DNA of 64,000 bases from Gammaproteobacteria bacterium (GTDB lineage: Bacteria; Pseudomonadota; Gammaproteobacteria; CAJXQU01), in contig CBDEGZ010000003.1 in the NCBI GenBank assembly GCA_965238175.1, positions 3,200,001 to 3,264,000 on the forward strand, written 5' to 3'. Of the stretch, positions 20,450 through 31,817 are shown piece by piece. Position 1 is the stretch's first letter, and the number at the start of each line of letters is the position of its first letter. Under the pieces are notes generated by a model. It was given only the letters and a program-made list of their open reading frames with translations, was not told the DNA's origin and did not search any database. The position numbers and the translations under genes are program-made.

Positions 20450-21512
20450 AAGCGACCTCCAATAACGCATTTGCAACTTGTTCAGTCGCGCCCGTCATGG
20501 CCATTTTTTTTGCATTGGATGACATCTCGACAAGCTTCTCTTTATCTGTGATCCAGTTATTAATAATTAATCCAAGCTTATCTTCCGACAGATCAGAATC
20601 CTGAATAACCAACGCAGCACTGGCATCAACAAGATAAGCCGCATTCGCTGTTTGATGATCATCCACCGCATATGGATAAGGAACGAGAATCGAAGGTAAA
20701 CCGGCGGCTGCCAATTCGGAAACCGTCAATGCTCCTGAGCGACAGATCACAAAATCAGCCCATCCATAGGCCTGATCTATATTATCTAAGAACGGCTCCA
20801 CACGCGCTTTTACTCCCAGTTCTTTATATTGTTCTTCAGTTTGCTCAAAACCATTTTGTCCGGTTTGATGCCAGATATTTAATTCGCCCCCCCCTTTAGC
20901 TACAATTTGAGATAGTGTTGATGGAACAATTTTATTTAGCGAACTTGCCCCCAGACTTCCACCGACGATCAATATCCTGATTTGATCGTTAGTTTTTGCT
21001 TGTTTTTTCAAATTAACAATCGACGCTCTAACTGGATTACCCACGTACTGTTCATTACGGTGATTAAATGTATTTGGGAATGCCGTAAACACACGCGTGG
21101 CTATTTTTGCCAGGTATCTATTGGTCATACCCGCAATGGCATTTTGTTCATGTATAACCACGGGTATCCGCATTAACCAAGCTGCGATCCCACCTGGTCC
21201 ACTGGCAAACCCTCCCATTCCCAGAACAGCTGCGGGACGGTAACTGATCATAATTTTGATAGCTTGCAAAACCGCAAACAATATTTTCAACGGCGCAAGT
21301 AATAACTTAAAAAATCCCTTACCGCGCACACCACTAATAGTTAATGTTAATAAACGATGACCTGCTTCCGGAACGACTCTAGCTTCCAGGCCTTTTTTAG
21401 TCCCCAACCATAGCAATGGAATTTCCTTTGAATGCAAATAATCTGCAACCACAAGTGCTGGAAAAACATGCCCACCAGTCCCTCCTGCCATAATCATGAT
21501 CGGCCGCTTCAT
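20442..21512 (-). CDS. murG: Lipid II GlcNAc transferase MurG
   Basis: GGTGGHVFP, HEQNA, GNPVR, GGSLGA, DDHQTANA. Confidence 0.98.
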   Translation of the reverse strand: MKRPIMIMAGGTGGHVFPALVVADYLHSKEIPLLWLGTKKGLEARVVPEAGHRLLTLTISGVRGKGFFKLLLAPLKILFAVLQAIKIMISYRPAAVLGMGGFASGPGGIAAWLMRIPVVIHEQNAIAGMTNRYLAKIATRVFTAFPNTFNHRNEQYVGNPVRASIVNLKKQAKTNDQIRILIVGGSLGASSLNKIVPSTLSQIVAKGGGELNIWHQTGQNGFEQTEEQYKELGVKARVEPFLDNIDQAYGWADFVICRSGALTVSELAAAGLPSILVPYPYAVDDHQTANAAYLVDASAALVIQDSDLSEDKLGLIINNWITDKEKLVEMSSNAKKMAMTGATEQVANALLEVAYG

Positions 21513-22687
21513 TGTTCGACCTCGTCATCATATTGTTCAGCACGTGTTTCATAATCGACACGCAAAATTAAAGCCGTTGCAACACACATCATAATCATAC
21601 TGTTGCCACCGTAACTGATAAAAGGAAGTGTCAGACCTTTGGTAGGGAGCGCGCCCATATTTACGCCCATATTTAAAAATGCCTGCATACCTATAAGGAG
21701 GCCGAACCCGTAGGCCAGGTATGCAGGAAAGTACCTTCCCCTCTTTTCAGCTTGTGCGGCGATATAAAAAACTCGCCAAATAAAGAATGTAAATATTGCG
21801 ATCAAAATCAAGCAACTAAATAAACCTAACTCTTCTGCAAAAATTGCAAAAATAAAATCTGTATGTGCTTCGGGTAAGTAGAAAAGTTTCTGAACACTAC
21901 TCCCAAGACCAACGCCGAACCACTCACCTCTACCGATTGCTATCAAGGCCTGCGTTAATTGAAAACCGGTGTTGTACGGATCCGCCCATGGATCTAAATA
22001 TGTTAATAAGCGCTGCAATCTGTATGGTGACAACATCACCGCAGTAGCGATTGCCATTACTGCAAGCATTCCCCAAACAATTATTCTCAGAAGAGGGATC
22101 CCTGCAATAAATAACAAACCAAGCATGGTTGCGAATAATAGAACCGATGTTCCAAAATCCGGCTCCATCAGCAATAAACCACAGACTAAGGTCATGACAA
22201 TAACTGGGTTATACAAACCAGAAAAATGCGTTCTGATTTGATTTAAGTGTTGCTCCATATAACCAGCCAGATAGATCACAATAAGTATCTTAGCAACTTC
22301 AGAGGCTTGTAAATCGTAGACACCTAAATCAAGCCAACGACTAGCACCATTGACTTCTTTCCCCAGTGGTGAAATAACAGCAACTAATAAAACCAACGAG
22401 ACCAGAAGAAATAAATAACGAAACTGTTTCAACACATAAAGTGGTGTATTCAAAACAATTGCACCACTGATCAACCCCACACTCAAAGCAACAACTTGTC
22501 GCCAAAAATAATGCAATTGTGCTCCTTGATCCTTACCCAAAGGATCTGCTATTGCTATTGAAGCGGAGGCGACCATAACCAGGCCAATGCCGATTAAAAT
22601 TGCCACGAAACCGATTAACCACCAGTCGTATTCGGCATCCTCCAGATAGTACAAACTCTTGTTTTGGGTCAGGATTGCTTGACTCAT
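21509..22687 (-). CDS. ftsW: SEDS peptidoglycan polymerase FtsW
   Basis: NGASRW, QASE, EPDFG, LPEAHTDF, LPFISYGG. Confidence 0.97.
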   Translation of the reverse strand: MSQAILTQNKSLYYLEDAEYDWWLIGFVAILIGIGLVMVASASIAIADPLGKDQGAQLHYFWRQVVALSVGLISGAIVLNTPLYVLKQFRYLFLLVSLVLLVAVISPLGKEVNGASRWLDLGVYDLQASEVAKILIVIYLAGYMEQHLNQIRTHFSGLYNPVIVMTLVCGLLLMEPDFGTSVLLFATMLGLLFIAGIPLLRIIVWGMLAVMAIATAVMLSPYRLQRLLTYLDPWADPYNTGFQLTQALIAIGRGEWFGVGLGSSVQKLFYLPEAHTDFIFAIFAEELGLFSCLILIAIFTFFIWRVFYIAAQAEKRGRYFPAYLAYGFGLLIGMQAFLNMGVNMGALPTKGLTLPFISYGGNSMIMMCVATALILRVDYETRAEQYDDEVEQ

Positions 22688-24087
22688 GAGTCAAAACCCT
22701 CGCCAAAAATTCCACTAGAACCCTCATTACAAACTTTGTTAACTGCTTCAACAAAAGCCTTACCACGTGCTTGATAATTCTTAAACATATCAAGACTCGC
22801 ACAAGCGGGTGATAACAAGACTTGATCGCCAGAAACTGCAACCTGATCCGCAATCGTTACAGCATCTTCGAGATCAGATACAACTTCAACATCAGTAACC
22901 GCTCTAAGCACTTGTTCTAATAATTTCGCATCTTTTCCAAATAATATAGCTTGCTTAATACGGCCTTTCGCAACAACAGCCAGCTGTTCAAATTTTGCAC
23001 CTTTAGCATCGCCTCCAGCGATAAAAATGATAGGTCGTTGTGCACACCCTTTTATTGCAGCAACAGTTGCACCCTCATTCGTACCCTTCGAATCGTTATA
23101 CCAATCAACGCCATTATGTTCAGCAACCCATTCACAACGATGTGGTAATCCCGACCATGTTTTTAACACTTCCAACATTGGTTCAATTTCTAAACCCACC
23201 GCTTTACCCAAGGCTAAAGCCGCTAATCCATTAGCAACATTATGTGTTCCTTGAATTTTCATTTTGCCAACGGGCATCAATAAATTTTCTTCAAAAGCTA
23301 ACCACTGCTGATCATTTTTTGATCGAATTCCAAACTCATTTTCATCCGGCTTATTTAATGTGAAACGTGTGATTTTACGATTCATTTTCGACATGCGAGC
23401 AACAATCGAATCGTCGGCGTTCAAGATCATTTCTCCACCACCCTGAAAGATCCGCTCCTTGGCATCAACATAATCTGCAATGTCCGCATATCGATCCATG
23501 TGATCTTCTGAAATATTCAAGATAGTCGCGGCTACTGCATCTAAACCATGTGTGGTTTCAAGCTGAAAACTGGATAATTCCAATACGTAAAGATCAGGTT
23601 CATTTTCACCGATCAAATCCAAAGCTGGTGTGCCTAAGTTCCCCCCGGCTCGAACATCCAGACCAGCTTTTTTCGCCATCTCATATACAAGTGTCGTTAC
23701 TGTGCTTTTTCCATTAGCACCCGTTATAGCGATCGTTGGTGCATTAGCGTGCCTTGCAAAAAGTTCTATATCACCAATCAATTCAACACCAGCTTGTTGT
23801 GCACGAAGCAAAACAGGATGTCGTATCGAAACTCCCGGACTGACGAGACACTGTTTTGAGTTCATGATCAAATCGATATCTAAATCACCAACACTGATTA
23901 AAACATCGGGATTTTCCTGCTGAAACTGCTCAACGCCAGGTGGATTTTTACGTGTGTCCGTCACTGCAAATGAAAACTCTTGACTTCCCAGAAAACGCGC
24001 GCACGACAAACCTGTCACACCGAGACCAATAATAACGGTATCTATGTTTAAGTTGGCTTGCTTATTCATACGAAGTTTTTTGTTCAC
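22684..24087 (-). CDS. murD: UDP-MurNAc-L-Ala--D-glutamate ligase
   Basis: ITGANGKSTVT, ELSSFQL, EDHMDRY, NDSKGTN, LSPACASLDMF. Confidence 0.98.
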   Translation of the reverse strand: MNKKLRMNKQANLNIDTVIIGLGVTGLSCARFLGSQEFSFAVTDTRKNPPGVEQFQQENPDVLISVGDLDIDLIMNSKQCLVSPGVSIRHPVLLRAQQAGVELIGDIELFARHANAPTIAITGANGKSTVTTLVYEMAKKAGLDVRAGGNLGTPALDLIGENEPDLYVLELSSFQLETTHGLDAVAATILNISEDHMDRYADIADYVDAKERIFQGGGEMILNADDSIVARMSKMNRKITRFTLNKPDENEFGIRSKNDQQWLAFEENLLMPVGKMKIQGTHNVANGLAALALGKAVGLEIEPMLEVLKTWSGLPHRCEWVAEHNGVDWYNDSKGTNEGATVAAIKGCAQRPIIFIAGGDAKGAKFEQLAVVAKGRIKQAILFGKDAKLLEQVLRAVTDVEVVSDLEDAVTIADQVAVSGDQVLLSPACASLDMFKNYQARGKAFVEAVNKVCNEGSSGIFGEGFDS

Positions 24088-24089
24088 CT

Positions 24090-25172
24090 TTACCTAACCT
24101 TCAAAGAAGCCAATCCGATCAAAACCAACATGACGGTTATGATCCAAAATCTGACTATTACTCGGGGTTCTGGCCATCCCTTCAACTCATAATGATGATG
24201 AAGTGGTGCCATATTAAAAATTCGTTTTCCCGTTAATTTGAACGATGTCACCTGTAAAATGACGGAGACTGTTTCAATAACAAAAATCCCACCCATGATG
24301 AACAAAATCAATTCTTGTCTAACAATCACTGCAACCGTACCGAGTGCTGCACCTAGCGCCAGTGCACCGATATCGCCCATGAAAACTTGTGCTGGATAAG
24401 TGTTGAACCACAGAAAACCTAAACCGGCACCAACAATACTTCCACAGAAAATACAAAGCTCCCCAGTACCAGCAATGTAAGGAAACCCTAGATAATCAGA
24501 AAACTTCACATTTCCCGTAACATAGGCAAAAATAATCAGTGCGCCCGCAACGAGCACACAAGGCATAATCGCTAATCCATCTAAACCATCTGTCAGGTTC
24601 ACCGCATTACTGGTTCCGACAATCACAAAATAAACAAAAGGAATATAAAGCACACCTAAAACGATATTGATGTCTTTCACAAAAGGGATTAAAAGTTCAA
24701 TTTCTGCATTAGTCTGTGCTGTACGAAATAAAAAAATCGCCGCTGCAATACCAACCACAGATTGCCAAAAATATTTGTGCCGAGCTGGTAGCCCTGTGGG
24801 ATTTTTTTCAACGATCTTACGATAATCATCAATCCAGCCAATGACACCAAAAAGTGCGGTAACCAATAACACCACCCAAACAAATTTATTACTCAAATCA
24901 CTCCAGAGTAAAGTACTGACACCGACAGCAACCAAAATCAACAAGCCTCCCATGGTTGGAGTACCTGCTTTGATCAAATGTGTCTCAGGACCATCATCGC
25001 GAACACTTTGGCCAATCTGATACCGCTTCAAATAAGCAATCATCCGGGGACCAACAAACAACGATATAAATAAAGCCGTCAAAACACCTAAAATTGTACG
25101 CAACGTCAAGTATTGAAAGACGTTAAACCCAGAATGAAACTGGGTCAGATAATCAGCTAGCAGCAGAAGCAT
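24090..25172 (-). CDS. mraY: Phospho-MurNAc-pentapeptide transferase
   Basis: [30 protein letters not shown]; 360 aa. Confidence 0.98.
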   Translation of the reverse strand: MLLLLADYLTQFHSGFNVFQYLTLRTILGVLTALFISLFVGPRMIAYLKRYQIGQSVRDDGPETHLIKAGTPTMGGLLILVAVGVSTLLWSDLSNKFVWVVLLVTALFGVIGWIDDYRKIVEKNPTGLPARHKYFWQSVVGIAAAIFLFRTAQTNAEIELLIPFVKDINIVLGVLYIPFVYFVIVGTSNAVNLTDGLDGLAIMPCVLVAGALIIFAYVTGNVKFSDYLGFPYIAGTGELCIFCGSIVGAGLGFLWFNTYPAQVFMGDIGALALGAALGTVAVIVRQELILFIMGGIFVIETVSVILQVTSFKLTGKRIFNMAPLHHHYELKGWPEPRVIVRFWIITVMLVLIGLASLKVR

Positions 25173-26538
25173 TATGACTCTCCAAAGCTTGTACTACCGT
25201 TTCCATTTTGGCTGCACGAGAACCTTTTATAAGCAGTGTGATATCCGTATCCAGCTCATTCTTTATTATTATTTTTAGTTTTTTTATAAGCGTTTCATTA
25301 TCAAAAAAATGTTCCGCTCCAACTCCAAATGCCTGTGTCGATTTTTCACTCAATTGGCCAACGCTAAACAATCGTTCAACACCCGCAAGTCTTACCTGCT
25401 CACCAACTTGCTCATGTAGTTCGTTTGCCGCTTTACCTAACTCACCCATGTCGCCTAGCACCAACCAGGGTCGTCCTGATGAATTGAGCAAAACGTTCAA
25501 GCCGGCCAGCAATGACCCAGGATTCGCGTTATAGGTATCATCAATAAGTTGTACATTGTGAATGCCTGATTTGAATTGCAAACGGCCAGGAACACCTTTC
25601 AATGATTCAAGACCATCACGAATTTTTTCTAGAGAAATATTTAACGCCGCAGCACAAGCCGCAGCAGCAATGGCATTCATAATGTTATGCCGACCCGGAA
25701 CAGGTAGTTTCACCGCGATACATTTTTCTTGAACCTGTAAATAAAAGCGACTACCGCGCTCAAGTATTTTGTTCCTCGTAGCAGTAACGTTAGGTTTATT
25801 ATCAGTTTTTTTCTCTAAACCAAAATTAAGACTGCGACAGTGGCCCGCCATTGTTCTCCATACCGGTGCAAAATTATCATCTGCATTTATTATCGCAATG
25901 CCTTCTTCAGGTAAAGACTGAAAAATTTCACCCTTGGCGTGAGCAACACCTTCTATTGATCCAAACCCCTCCAGGTGAGACGGCGCGCATTGGGTAACAA
26001 CCGCGATTATTGGTTTTGCAATTTTACTGGAACCGGCAATCTCGCCAACATGATTTGCACCCATTTCGATCACCGCATAATCATGTTTTTGATCAAGATT
26101 AAACAGTGTCAGTGGCACACCGATATCGTTATTTAAGTTACCCTTAGTCGAGAGCACTTCACCACAGCCAGATAAAATTGAATTAACCATTTCTTTAACC
26201 GTTGTTTTTCCATTACTACCTGTAATTGCTACAACTGGAATATCGAAATAATCTCTCCATATACTAGCCAAACTGCCCAAACCTAATCGTGTGTTTTCAA
26301 CTTCTATGGTGGGTAAATTAGTTCGTACAGATTTATCGATCATCACTGCCGCTGCACCTGCTTTTTCTGCTGCAGCGACATAATCATGACCATCAAAACT
26401 CGGACCGTGAAGTGCAATATACAACTGGCCTTCTTCTATAGTTCTCGTATCTGTCGAACAACCACAAAATGTTACGTTTTCTCCTAGCAAACTTGCGCCA
26501 AGCTTGTTAGCTACTTCTTGCAAAGAAAGATTGATCAT
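25153..26538 (-). CDS. murF: UDP-MurNAc-tripeptide--D-Ala-D-Ala ligase
   Basis: [41 protein letters not shown]. Confidence 0.98.
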   Translation of the reverse strand: MINLSLQEVANKLGASLLGENVTFCGCSTDTRTIEEGQLYIALHGPSFDGHDYVAAAEKAGAAAVMIDKSVRTNLPTIEVENTRLGLGSLASIWRDYFDIPVVAITGSNGKTTVKEMVNSILSGCGEVLSTKGNLNNDIGVPLTLFNLDQKHDYAVIEMGANHVGEIAGSSKIAKPIIAVVTQCAPSHLEGFGSIEGVAHAKGEIFQSLPEEGIAIINADDNFAPVWRTMAGHCRSLNFGLEKKTDNKPNVTATRNKILERGSRFYLQVQEKCIAVKLPVPGRHNIMNAIAAAACAAALNISLEKIRDGLESLKGVPGRLQFKSGIHNVQLIDDTYNANPGSLLAGLNVLLNSSGRPWLVLGDMGELGKAANELHEQVGEQVRLAGVERLFSVGQLSEKSTQAFGVGAEHFFDNETLIKKLKIIIKNELDTDITLLIKGSRAAKMETVVQALESHNASAAS

Positions 26539-28076
26539 TGTCCTTCCTCTGCTTGTTTTGCATTTAAAATATTCAGCACAACATTTCGATCATTGAATGG
26601 GAAACGTTGACCTTTTATCTCTTGCCATTCTTCGTGACCTTTACCTGCGATCAAAACAATATCATTTACTTGCGCTGACTCTATCGCAGATTCAAGCGCC
26701 TGTTCTCGATCAAAAACCATCTTCACTTTTTCAGGCTTTTTCATACCTTCCAGAATTTGATCAGCGATCATTTCTGGATCTTCTGATCTTGGATTGTCAT
26801 TGGTAATGATCAGGAAATCTGACAGCTGCTCAGCAACCTTTCCCATCAAGCTACGTTTGCCTTGATCACGATCACCTCCGCAACCAAAAACACACCACAA
26901 CTGCCCCTTACAAACTTCTTTCAACGTACTCAATGCGTTCTCAAGCCCATCTGGTGTATGCGCAAAGTCGACAACGACTGTGGGCTGTTTTTTTTGGATA
27001 AAAGCTTCCATTCGACCAGGCACACCGGCCACTTTCGACAATGATTGCAAGGCTTCTTTAAATTCAAATCCTGCAGCGAGTAAAGCACCCAATGCAGCCA
27101 ACAAATTACTCGCATTAAAACGACCCAATAGATCAGTTTTAATAACGCCTGATCCTTGTGGCGTATCAATTTCCATTTCTAAACCGGTAACGAAAACATC
27201 TAATTTTTTGCATCGAATAGTATTAATTTCCGAATGACTTTTTTCACTTAAAGTATAAGCAATCAGTTTGATATTATTCGATTTATCTTGCAATAAAGTG
27301 TCGAAAATCTGTTCAGAAAAAGGATCATCCAGATTAACAACTGCGGCTTGTAAATTAGGTGATTTAAATAAGGATAATTTTGCATTACCATAGGCTTGCA
27401 TATCGCCATGATAATCAAGATGATCACGCGTTAAATTGGTAAACACGGCAACATTAAAATTCACGCCATTCAATCTTTGTTGTGATAAACCATGTGATGA
27501 CGCTTCAATAACGACGGCTTTTGCACCTTGATCATTTAATCGAAATAGCGATTTATGTAAACTAATAACATCTGGTGTTGTCATACCGTTAGAGGCAAAT
27601 TCACCAAGTAGTCCATTACCCAATGTTCCAATGACACCGCTGGAATTTTTTCCTGAAATATTATCTATCGCTTGCCCGATAAAATGACTAACTGACGTTT
27701 TACCGTTAGTGCCAGTCATTCCAAATATTTTCAGATCATCTGTTGGATTGCCGAAATATCGATGCGCGATTATGCCCACTTTACTCAATAAATTTTCAAT
27801 AAAAATAATATTTCCAACAACCTTATTTGTAACAAGATCCGCTTCGCTACGATCAACAAAAATAGCAACGACTCCTCTTGATATTGCATCGTCAATAAAA
27901 TCCGTACCACGAGTAATAGTTCCACTCAGAGCAAAAAAACAGTCTCCTGGATTTATCTTTCGACTGTCGAGTTGAATACCATTGATCAAAACATTTTGAT
28001 CATCATCAAGCTCCGCAAACTCTTGTACGAGTTCGCTTAGATAAATTCCACCTTGTTTCATCGCTGTCATTATCAA
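26535..28076 (-). CDS. murE: UDP-MurNAc-dipeptide--meso-DAP ligase
   Basis: TGTNGKTS, TNLTRDHLDYHG, DFAHTPDG, DNPR (DAP-specific), AGKGHE. Confidence 0.98.
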   Translation of the reverse strand: MIMTAMKQGGIYLSELVQEFAELDDDQNVLINGIQLDSRKINPGDCFFALSGTITRGTDFIDDAISRGVVAIFVDRSEADLVTNKVVGNIIFIENLLSKVGIIAHRYFGNPTDDLKIFGMTGTNGKTSVSHFIGQAIDNISGKNSSGVIGTLGNGLLGEFASNGMTTPDVISLHKSLFRLNDQGAKAVVIEASSHGLSQQRLNGVNFNVAVFTNLTRDHLDYHGDMQAYGNAKLSLFKSPNLQAAVVNLDDPFSEQIFDTLLQDKSNNIKLIAYTLSEKSHSEINTIRCKKLDVFVTGLEMEIDTPQGSGVIKTDLLGRFNASNLLAALGALLAAGFEFKEALQSLSKVAGVPGRMEAFIQKKQPTVVVDFAHTPDGLENALSTLKEVCKGQLWCVFGCGGDRDQGKRSLMGKVAEQLSDFLIITNDNPRSEDPEMIADQILEGMKKPEKVKMVFDREQALESAIESAQVNDIVLIAGKGHEEWQEIKGQRFPFNDRNVVLNILNAKQAEEGQ

Positions 28077-29794
28077 GGTTGCCTACCCGCCATCAATTTA
28101 TGTTCACCTGTTATGGCTTCGGAAACATCGTCTGGAGAAACATTCATCAACCTAAGTGTTTCACCCATTAATTTTGCAAATGCTGGTGCAGCGACCTGCC
28201 CACCGTAATACTCGCCTTGTGATGGCTCATTGATCATGACAACAGCAACAAGGCGTGGGTTACTCACCGGCACAATTCCAGCAAAAACAGACTGGTAACG
28301 ATCTTCTGCATAGCCACCCGTAGATGATTTATGTGCGGTACCTGTTTTACCAGCAACGCGGTAGCCTGGAATGCTCGCTTGTTTACCAGTGCCACTTTGT
28401 ACAACCCCTTCCATCATTTCCAGAACCTGACGTGTGGTGACTTTACTCATTACACGATCACCTTCTTCTGGCTGCTCGATTTTTAATAAACTCGGTATTG
28501 CCATCACACCCTCATTAGCCAATACCATATATGCCTGAGCTAGTTGTAATGTTGTCACCGACATACCGTAACCGAATGACATCGTTGCTTGCTCAATATC
28601 CCGCCAGCTTGAATAATCCCTTAAACGTCCTGCGGCTTCACCTGGAAAACCAACTCCACTGACTGTCCCTAGCCCAATTTGATCAAATGTGTTCCATAGC
28701 ACTTCAGCTTCCATCGACAACGCAATTTTCGACACACCGACATTACTTGATTTTTTGATCACGGTAGATACATCAATCATTTTGTAATTATGAATATCCC
28801 GCACCATGTGTTGACCTACACGATACTGACCTGGGCGTGTATCAATCATCGTTTCAGGTTTATAAGTACCCAAATCCAATGCGGTAGCGACAGTAAAAGG
28901 CTTTATTGTTGAGCCTGGTTCAAATACATCCGTTACCGCACGATTGCGATAATGTTCGCCTTTCATCACATAACGATTATTTGGGTTGTATGAAGGTTGA
29001 TTAACCATTGCCAGGATTTCACCTGACTTAGCATCCAAAACAACGATTGATCCACTTTTTGCCTTATGTCCCAATACAGCAGCGGTTAATTCTCTGTACG
29101 CTAAATATTGAATACGTTTATCAATACTCAAAGTCAGATCTTTGCCGGGTTGAGACGCTTTGACACTTTCAACATTTTCGATCGTATGACCTTTCAAATC
29201 TTTAATCACGAGTTTTTTGCCAGGCTCACCTTTCAACAATTTGTTGTAAGCCAGCTCAATTCCTTCTTGCCCCTTATCATCAATATTCGTAAACCCCACC
29301 ACATGAGCGGCAACATCTGCTGCTGGATAAAATCGTTGAAATTCTTTTTGTTCTGATACTCCCGGGATCTTAAGCGCCATCACTTTTGCAGCAAGTTGCG
29401 GTGTGGCCTGTCGCTTCAAATAAACAAACTCACGTTTTGCACGCTTGTTGATCATGTCTTCCATAGTGATTTGAGGAATACCTAACACTTTTGCTAACTC
29501 AACCCATCGGGGTTTGTCCAAAACCAATTTTTTAGGATTCCCAATAATCGCACTAATCGGTGTACTAATCGCCAGAGGCTCACCATTTCGATCATAAATA
29601 ATGCCGCGATTTGCTGAAACAGGAACTACCTTTGAATAAGATGAATTTCCTTTACTTTGTAGAAAATCTTTTTCCAACAATTGCAAATAGACAATCTTGA
29701 ATACCAATCCCACCGAGGCGATCAAAAACAGACAAAGCACAAACCAGCGCCTGCCAGTAAAATGTGCTTCCATTTTTTGATCTTGTTGTTTCAC
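28073..29794 (-). CDS. ftsI: Penicillin-binding protein 3
   Basis: RGIIYDRNG, EPGSTIK (SxxK), SSN, KTGT. Confidence 0.97.
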   Translation of the reverse strand: MKQQDQKMEAHFTGRRWFVLCLFLIASVGLVFKIVYLQLLEKDFLQSKGNSSYSKVVPVSANRGIIYDRNGEPLAISTPISAIIGNPKKLVLDKPRWVELAKVLGIPQITMEDMINKRAKREFVYLKRQATPQLAAKVMALKIPGVSEQKEFQRFYPAADVAAHVVGFTNIDDKGQEGIELAYNKLLKGEPGKKLVIKDLKGHTIENVESVKASQPGKDLTLSIDKRIQYLAYRELTAAVLGHKAKSGSIVVLDAKSGEILAMVNQPSYNPNNRYVMKGEHYRNRAVTDVFEPGSTIKPFTVATALDLGTYKPETMIDTRPGQYRVGQHMVRDIHNYKMIDVSTVIKKSSNVGVSKIALSMEAEVLWNTFDQIGLGTVSGVGFPGEAAGRLRDYSSWRDIEQATMSFGYGMSVTTLQLAQAYMVLANEGVMAIPSLLKIEQPEEGDRVMSKVTTRQVLEMMEGVVQSGTGKQASIPGYRVAGKTGTAHKSSTGGYAEDRYQSVFAGIVPVSNPRLVAVVMINEPSQGEYYGGQVAAPAFAKLMGETLRLMNVSPDDVSEAITGEHKLMAGRQP

Positions 29795-30054
29795 TTAGAA
29801 TTCACCAAATTAATGTTCTCGCTAACAGGCAGTTCCATTTCCAATTTTTCACGAGCAACCTCTTCAATACGACTATGGGTTCCCCAAGTTGCTTGCTCTA
29901 ATTGAAAACGCCCCCAGTCCTCATTCATCAAGTCACGTTGCGCTTCCATTGCTTGAAGTTGTACAAATAATTTACGATTTTCGTGTCTTGTTCCAACCAC
30001 ACTTAACGCCGTCCAAACCACCAACATTCCGATCAACAAAAATGGAAACTTCAT
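29791..30054 (-). CDS. ftsL: Cell division protein FtsL
   Basis: TM plus leucine zipper, WGRFQLEQATWGTHSRIE; ATGA overlap with the rsmH stop. Confidence 0.93.
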   Translation of the reverse strand: MKFPFLLIGMLVVWTALSVVGTRHENRKLFVQLQAMEAQRDLMNEDWGRFQLEQATWGTHSRIEEVAREKLEMELPVSENINLVNSK

Positions 30055-31010
30055 ACACACATCCTCTCTGCTATACGCAATACGGCACTTCTTGATCTTG
30101 GATTTCTATCTACTTCCGCAACACTTGCCCTGATCATTTTCCCAACAAGCTTCATATCGGGATTCAACATTGAAACGGGGATCGGTAAATCTTTCGGATA
30201 GGTATCACCAGCAGCAGCTTTTTTCATAAATCGTTTTACAATGCGATCTTCCAAAGAATGAAAACTGATCACCACTAAGCGACCACCTGGAGCAAGAATG
30301 CTCAACGCCTGATCCAGCACTTTTTTGACCTCGCCTAATTCATCATTAATGAAAATTCTGATCGCCTGAAAAACGCGCGTTGCCGGATGAATAGCTTTTT
30401 GTCCGGGCTTACTTTGGTTCGGTGTCACTGCTTTGATCAAACTGGCTAATTGCCTTGTTGTGACAATGGGTGCTTCATCACGCCTCGCGACGATTGCCCG
30501 TGCTATCCGTTTGGAAAATCGTTCTTCACCATACTCACTAAATACCTGCACCATTTCACGATCGGTCGCAGTCGCTATCCAGTCTGCTGCAGAAATCGAA
30601 TTTTCTGGATCCATGCGCATGTCCAATGGCCCTTCTCGCATAAAACTAAAACCACGTTCGGCATCATCCAATTGCGGTGAAGAAACACCAAGATCAAAAA
30701 GAATACCGTTAACTTTTCCTGTGACTCCTTTTTGATCAGCGATCTGTTCTAATATTGAAAATGCACCTTGCTCGATAGAAAAACGTTTATCTTCAATGGC
30801 AAGAATGTTCCCAGCCTGTATAGCAAATGGATCACGATCAATAGCGATCAATTTCCCCTGCTTGCCCAATTTCTTCAATATCGATTTTGAATGTCCCCCT
30901 CGCCCAAAAGTACAGTCAAAATAAATTCCGTCCTCAACTATCGAGAGCGCTTCCAACACTTCATCCAATAACACCGGTTTATGTTGTTGCTCCTTATCAA
31001 TCGCCGCCAT
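30051..31010 (-). CDS. rsmH: 16S rRNA m4C1402 methyltransferase
   Basis: DCTFGRGGHS, DLGVSSPQLD, ISFHSLEDRIVK, NPRSRSA. Confidence 0.98.
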   Translation of the reverse strand: MAAIDKEQQHKPVLLDEVLEALSIVEDGIYFDCTFGRGGHSKSILKKLGKQGKLIAIDRDPFAIQAGNILAIEDKRFSIEQGAFSILEQIADQKGVTGKVNGILFDLGVSSPQLDDAERGFSFMREGPLDMRMDPENSISAADWIATATDREMVQVFSEYGEERFSKRIARAIVARRDEAPIVTTRQLASLIKAVTPNQSKPGQKAIHPATRVFQAIRIFINDELGEVKKVLDQALSILAPGGRLVVISFHSLEDRIVKRFMKKAAAGDTYPKDLPIPVSMLNPDMKLVGKMIRASVAEVDRNPRSRSAVLRIAERMCV

Positions 31011-31468
31011 CAGAGCGAGAGTTGTTGTAGCGATTCTGGAACTTCGCCACTGCCGTCTTTAAGACTACTCAACCATGCTTCTTGCTTTGCGTTCCAAGTT
31101 GCTTCATTCCATAACTCGAATTTGTTACCCTGACCAAAGATGACGATTTCTTTCTCTAACCCAGCATGTTTTATAAGGCTCGCTTCCACTCGAAGCCGAC
31201 CATGGGAATCCAATGTGCAATCTTCGGCATGCCCAAGCATTAATGTTTTAGTCATGCTCGCTTTCGGATCAAATTCGGGTAATGCGACTAGTTTGGGTTC
31301 AACCAATTCCCACTCAGTCAACGGGTATATCCATACACAAGGTTCATTGGGCTTAATGGTGAGCTTCAGATTACCACTGCACATCTCCTGGAGCCGAGCA
31401 CGGTATCGACTAGGAATTGCTAATCGCCCTTTACTGTCCAGATTAAGTGAGCTTTTACCCGTAAACAT
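31010..31468 (-). CDS. mraZ: Transcriptional regulator MraZ
   Basis: Two DxxGR motifs (LDSKGRL, LDSHGRL); first gene of dcw. Confidence 0.97.
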   Translation of the reverse strand: MFTGKSSLNLDSKGRLAIPSRYRARLQEMCSGNLKLTIKPNEPCVWIYPLTEWELVEPKLVALPEFDPKASMTKTLMLGHAEDCTLDSHGRLRVEASLIKHAGLEKEIVIFGQGNKFELWNEATWNAKQEAWLSSLKDGSGEVPESLQQLSL

Positions 31469-31514
31469 GAAATCCCCGTTGCTGCATTTTTATTAGCGTC
31501 TCATATATTATGAT

Positions 31515-31538
31515 CCACAATTCACCACGATCCACCAC
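31515..31538 (-). promoter_or_regulatory. MraZ binding repeats (three GTGG at 10-bp period)
   Basis: CCAC at 31515, 31525 and 31535 on +, i.e. GTGG-N6-GTGG-N6-GTGG in the mraZ leader. Confidence 0.7.
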
Positions 31539-31548
31539 AGATTATCGA

Positions 31549-31577
31549 ACTATCTAACAACAGTAGTCTGCTGTCAA
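31549..31577 (-). promoter_or_regulatory. Putative dcw (Pmra) sigma-70 promoter
   Basis: Minus strand TTGACA-N17-GATAGT immediately upstream of the MraZ repeats. Confidence 0.55.
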
Positions 31578-31817
31578 GCATAAAAATCGGGAATTCTTTC
31601 TTTTTTAACAACAACTTAGCGAAAAATTCACCTTTCGGACTGAAATTAAAAAAATAACTTTTTTAGTATCATTTGTTTAGTAATTCTACTTAAAGTGATT
31701 TATTAGATATGTCATTTTTATAAAGACATGAAATGTTACAAATGGGTTTATTCAAGAATAACTTTTGGTTAATTTTGATTCAGATAGATCAATTTTGGTT
31801 TACCATCTTGATCATTT

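Noticed and set aside
31754-31800. FNR-like TTGAT...ATCAA upstream of the ligase
   Set aside because: Half-sites are 8 nt apart rather than 4, and GATC-containing words are very frequent here.
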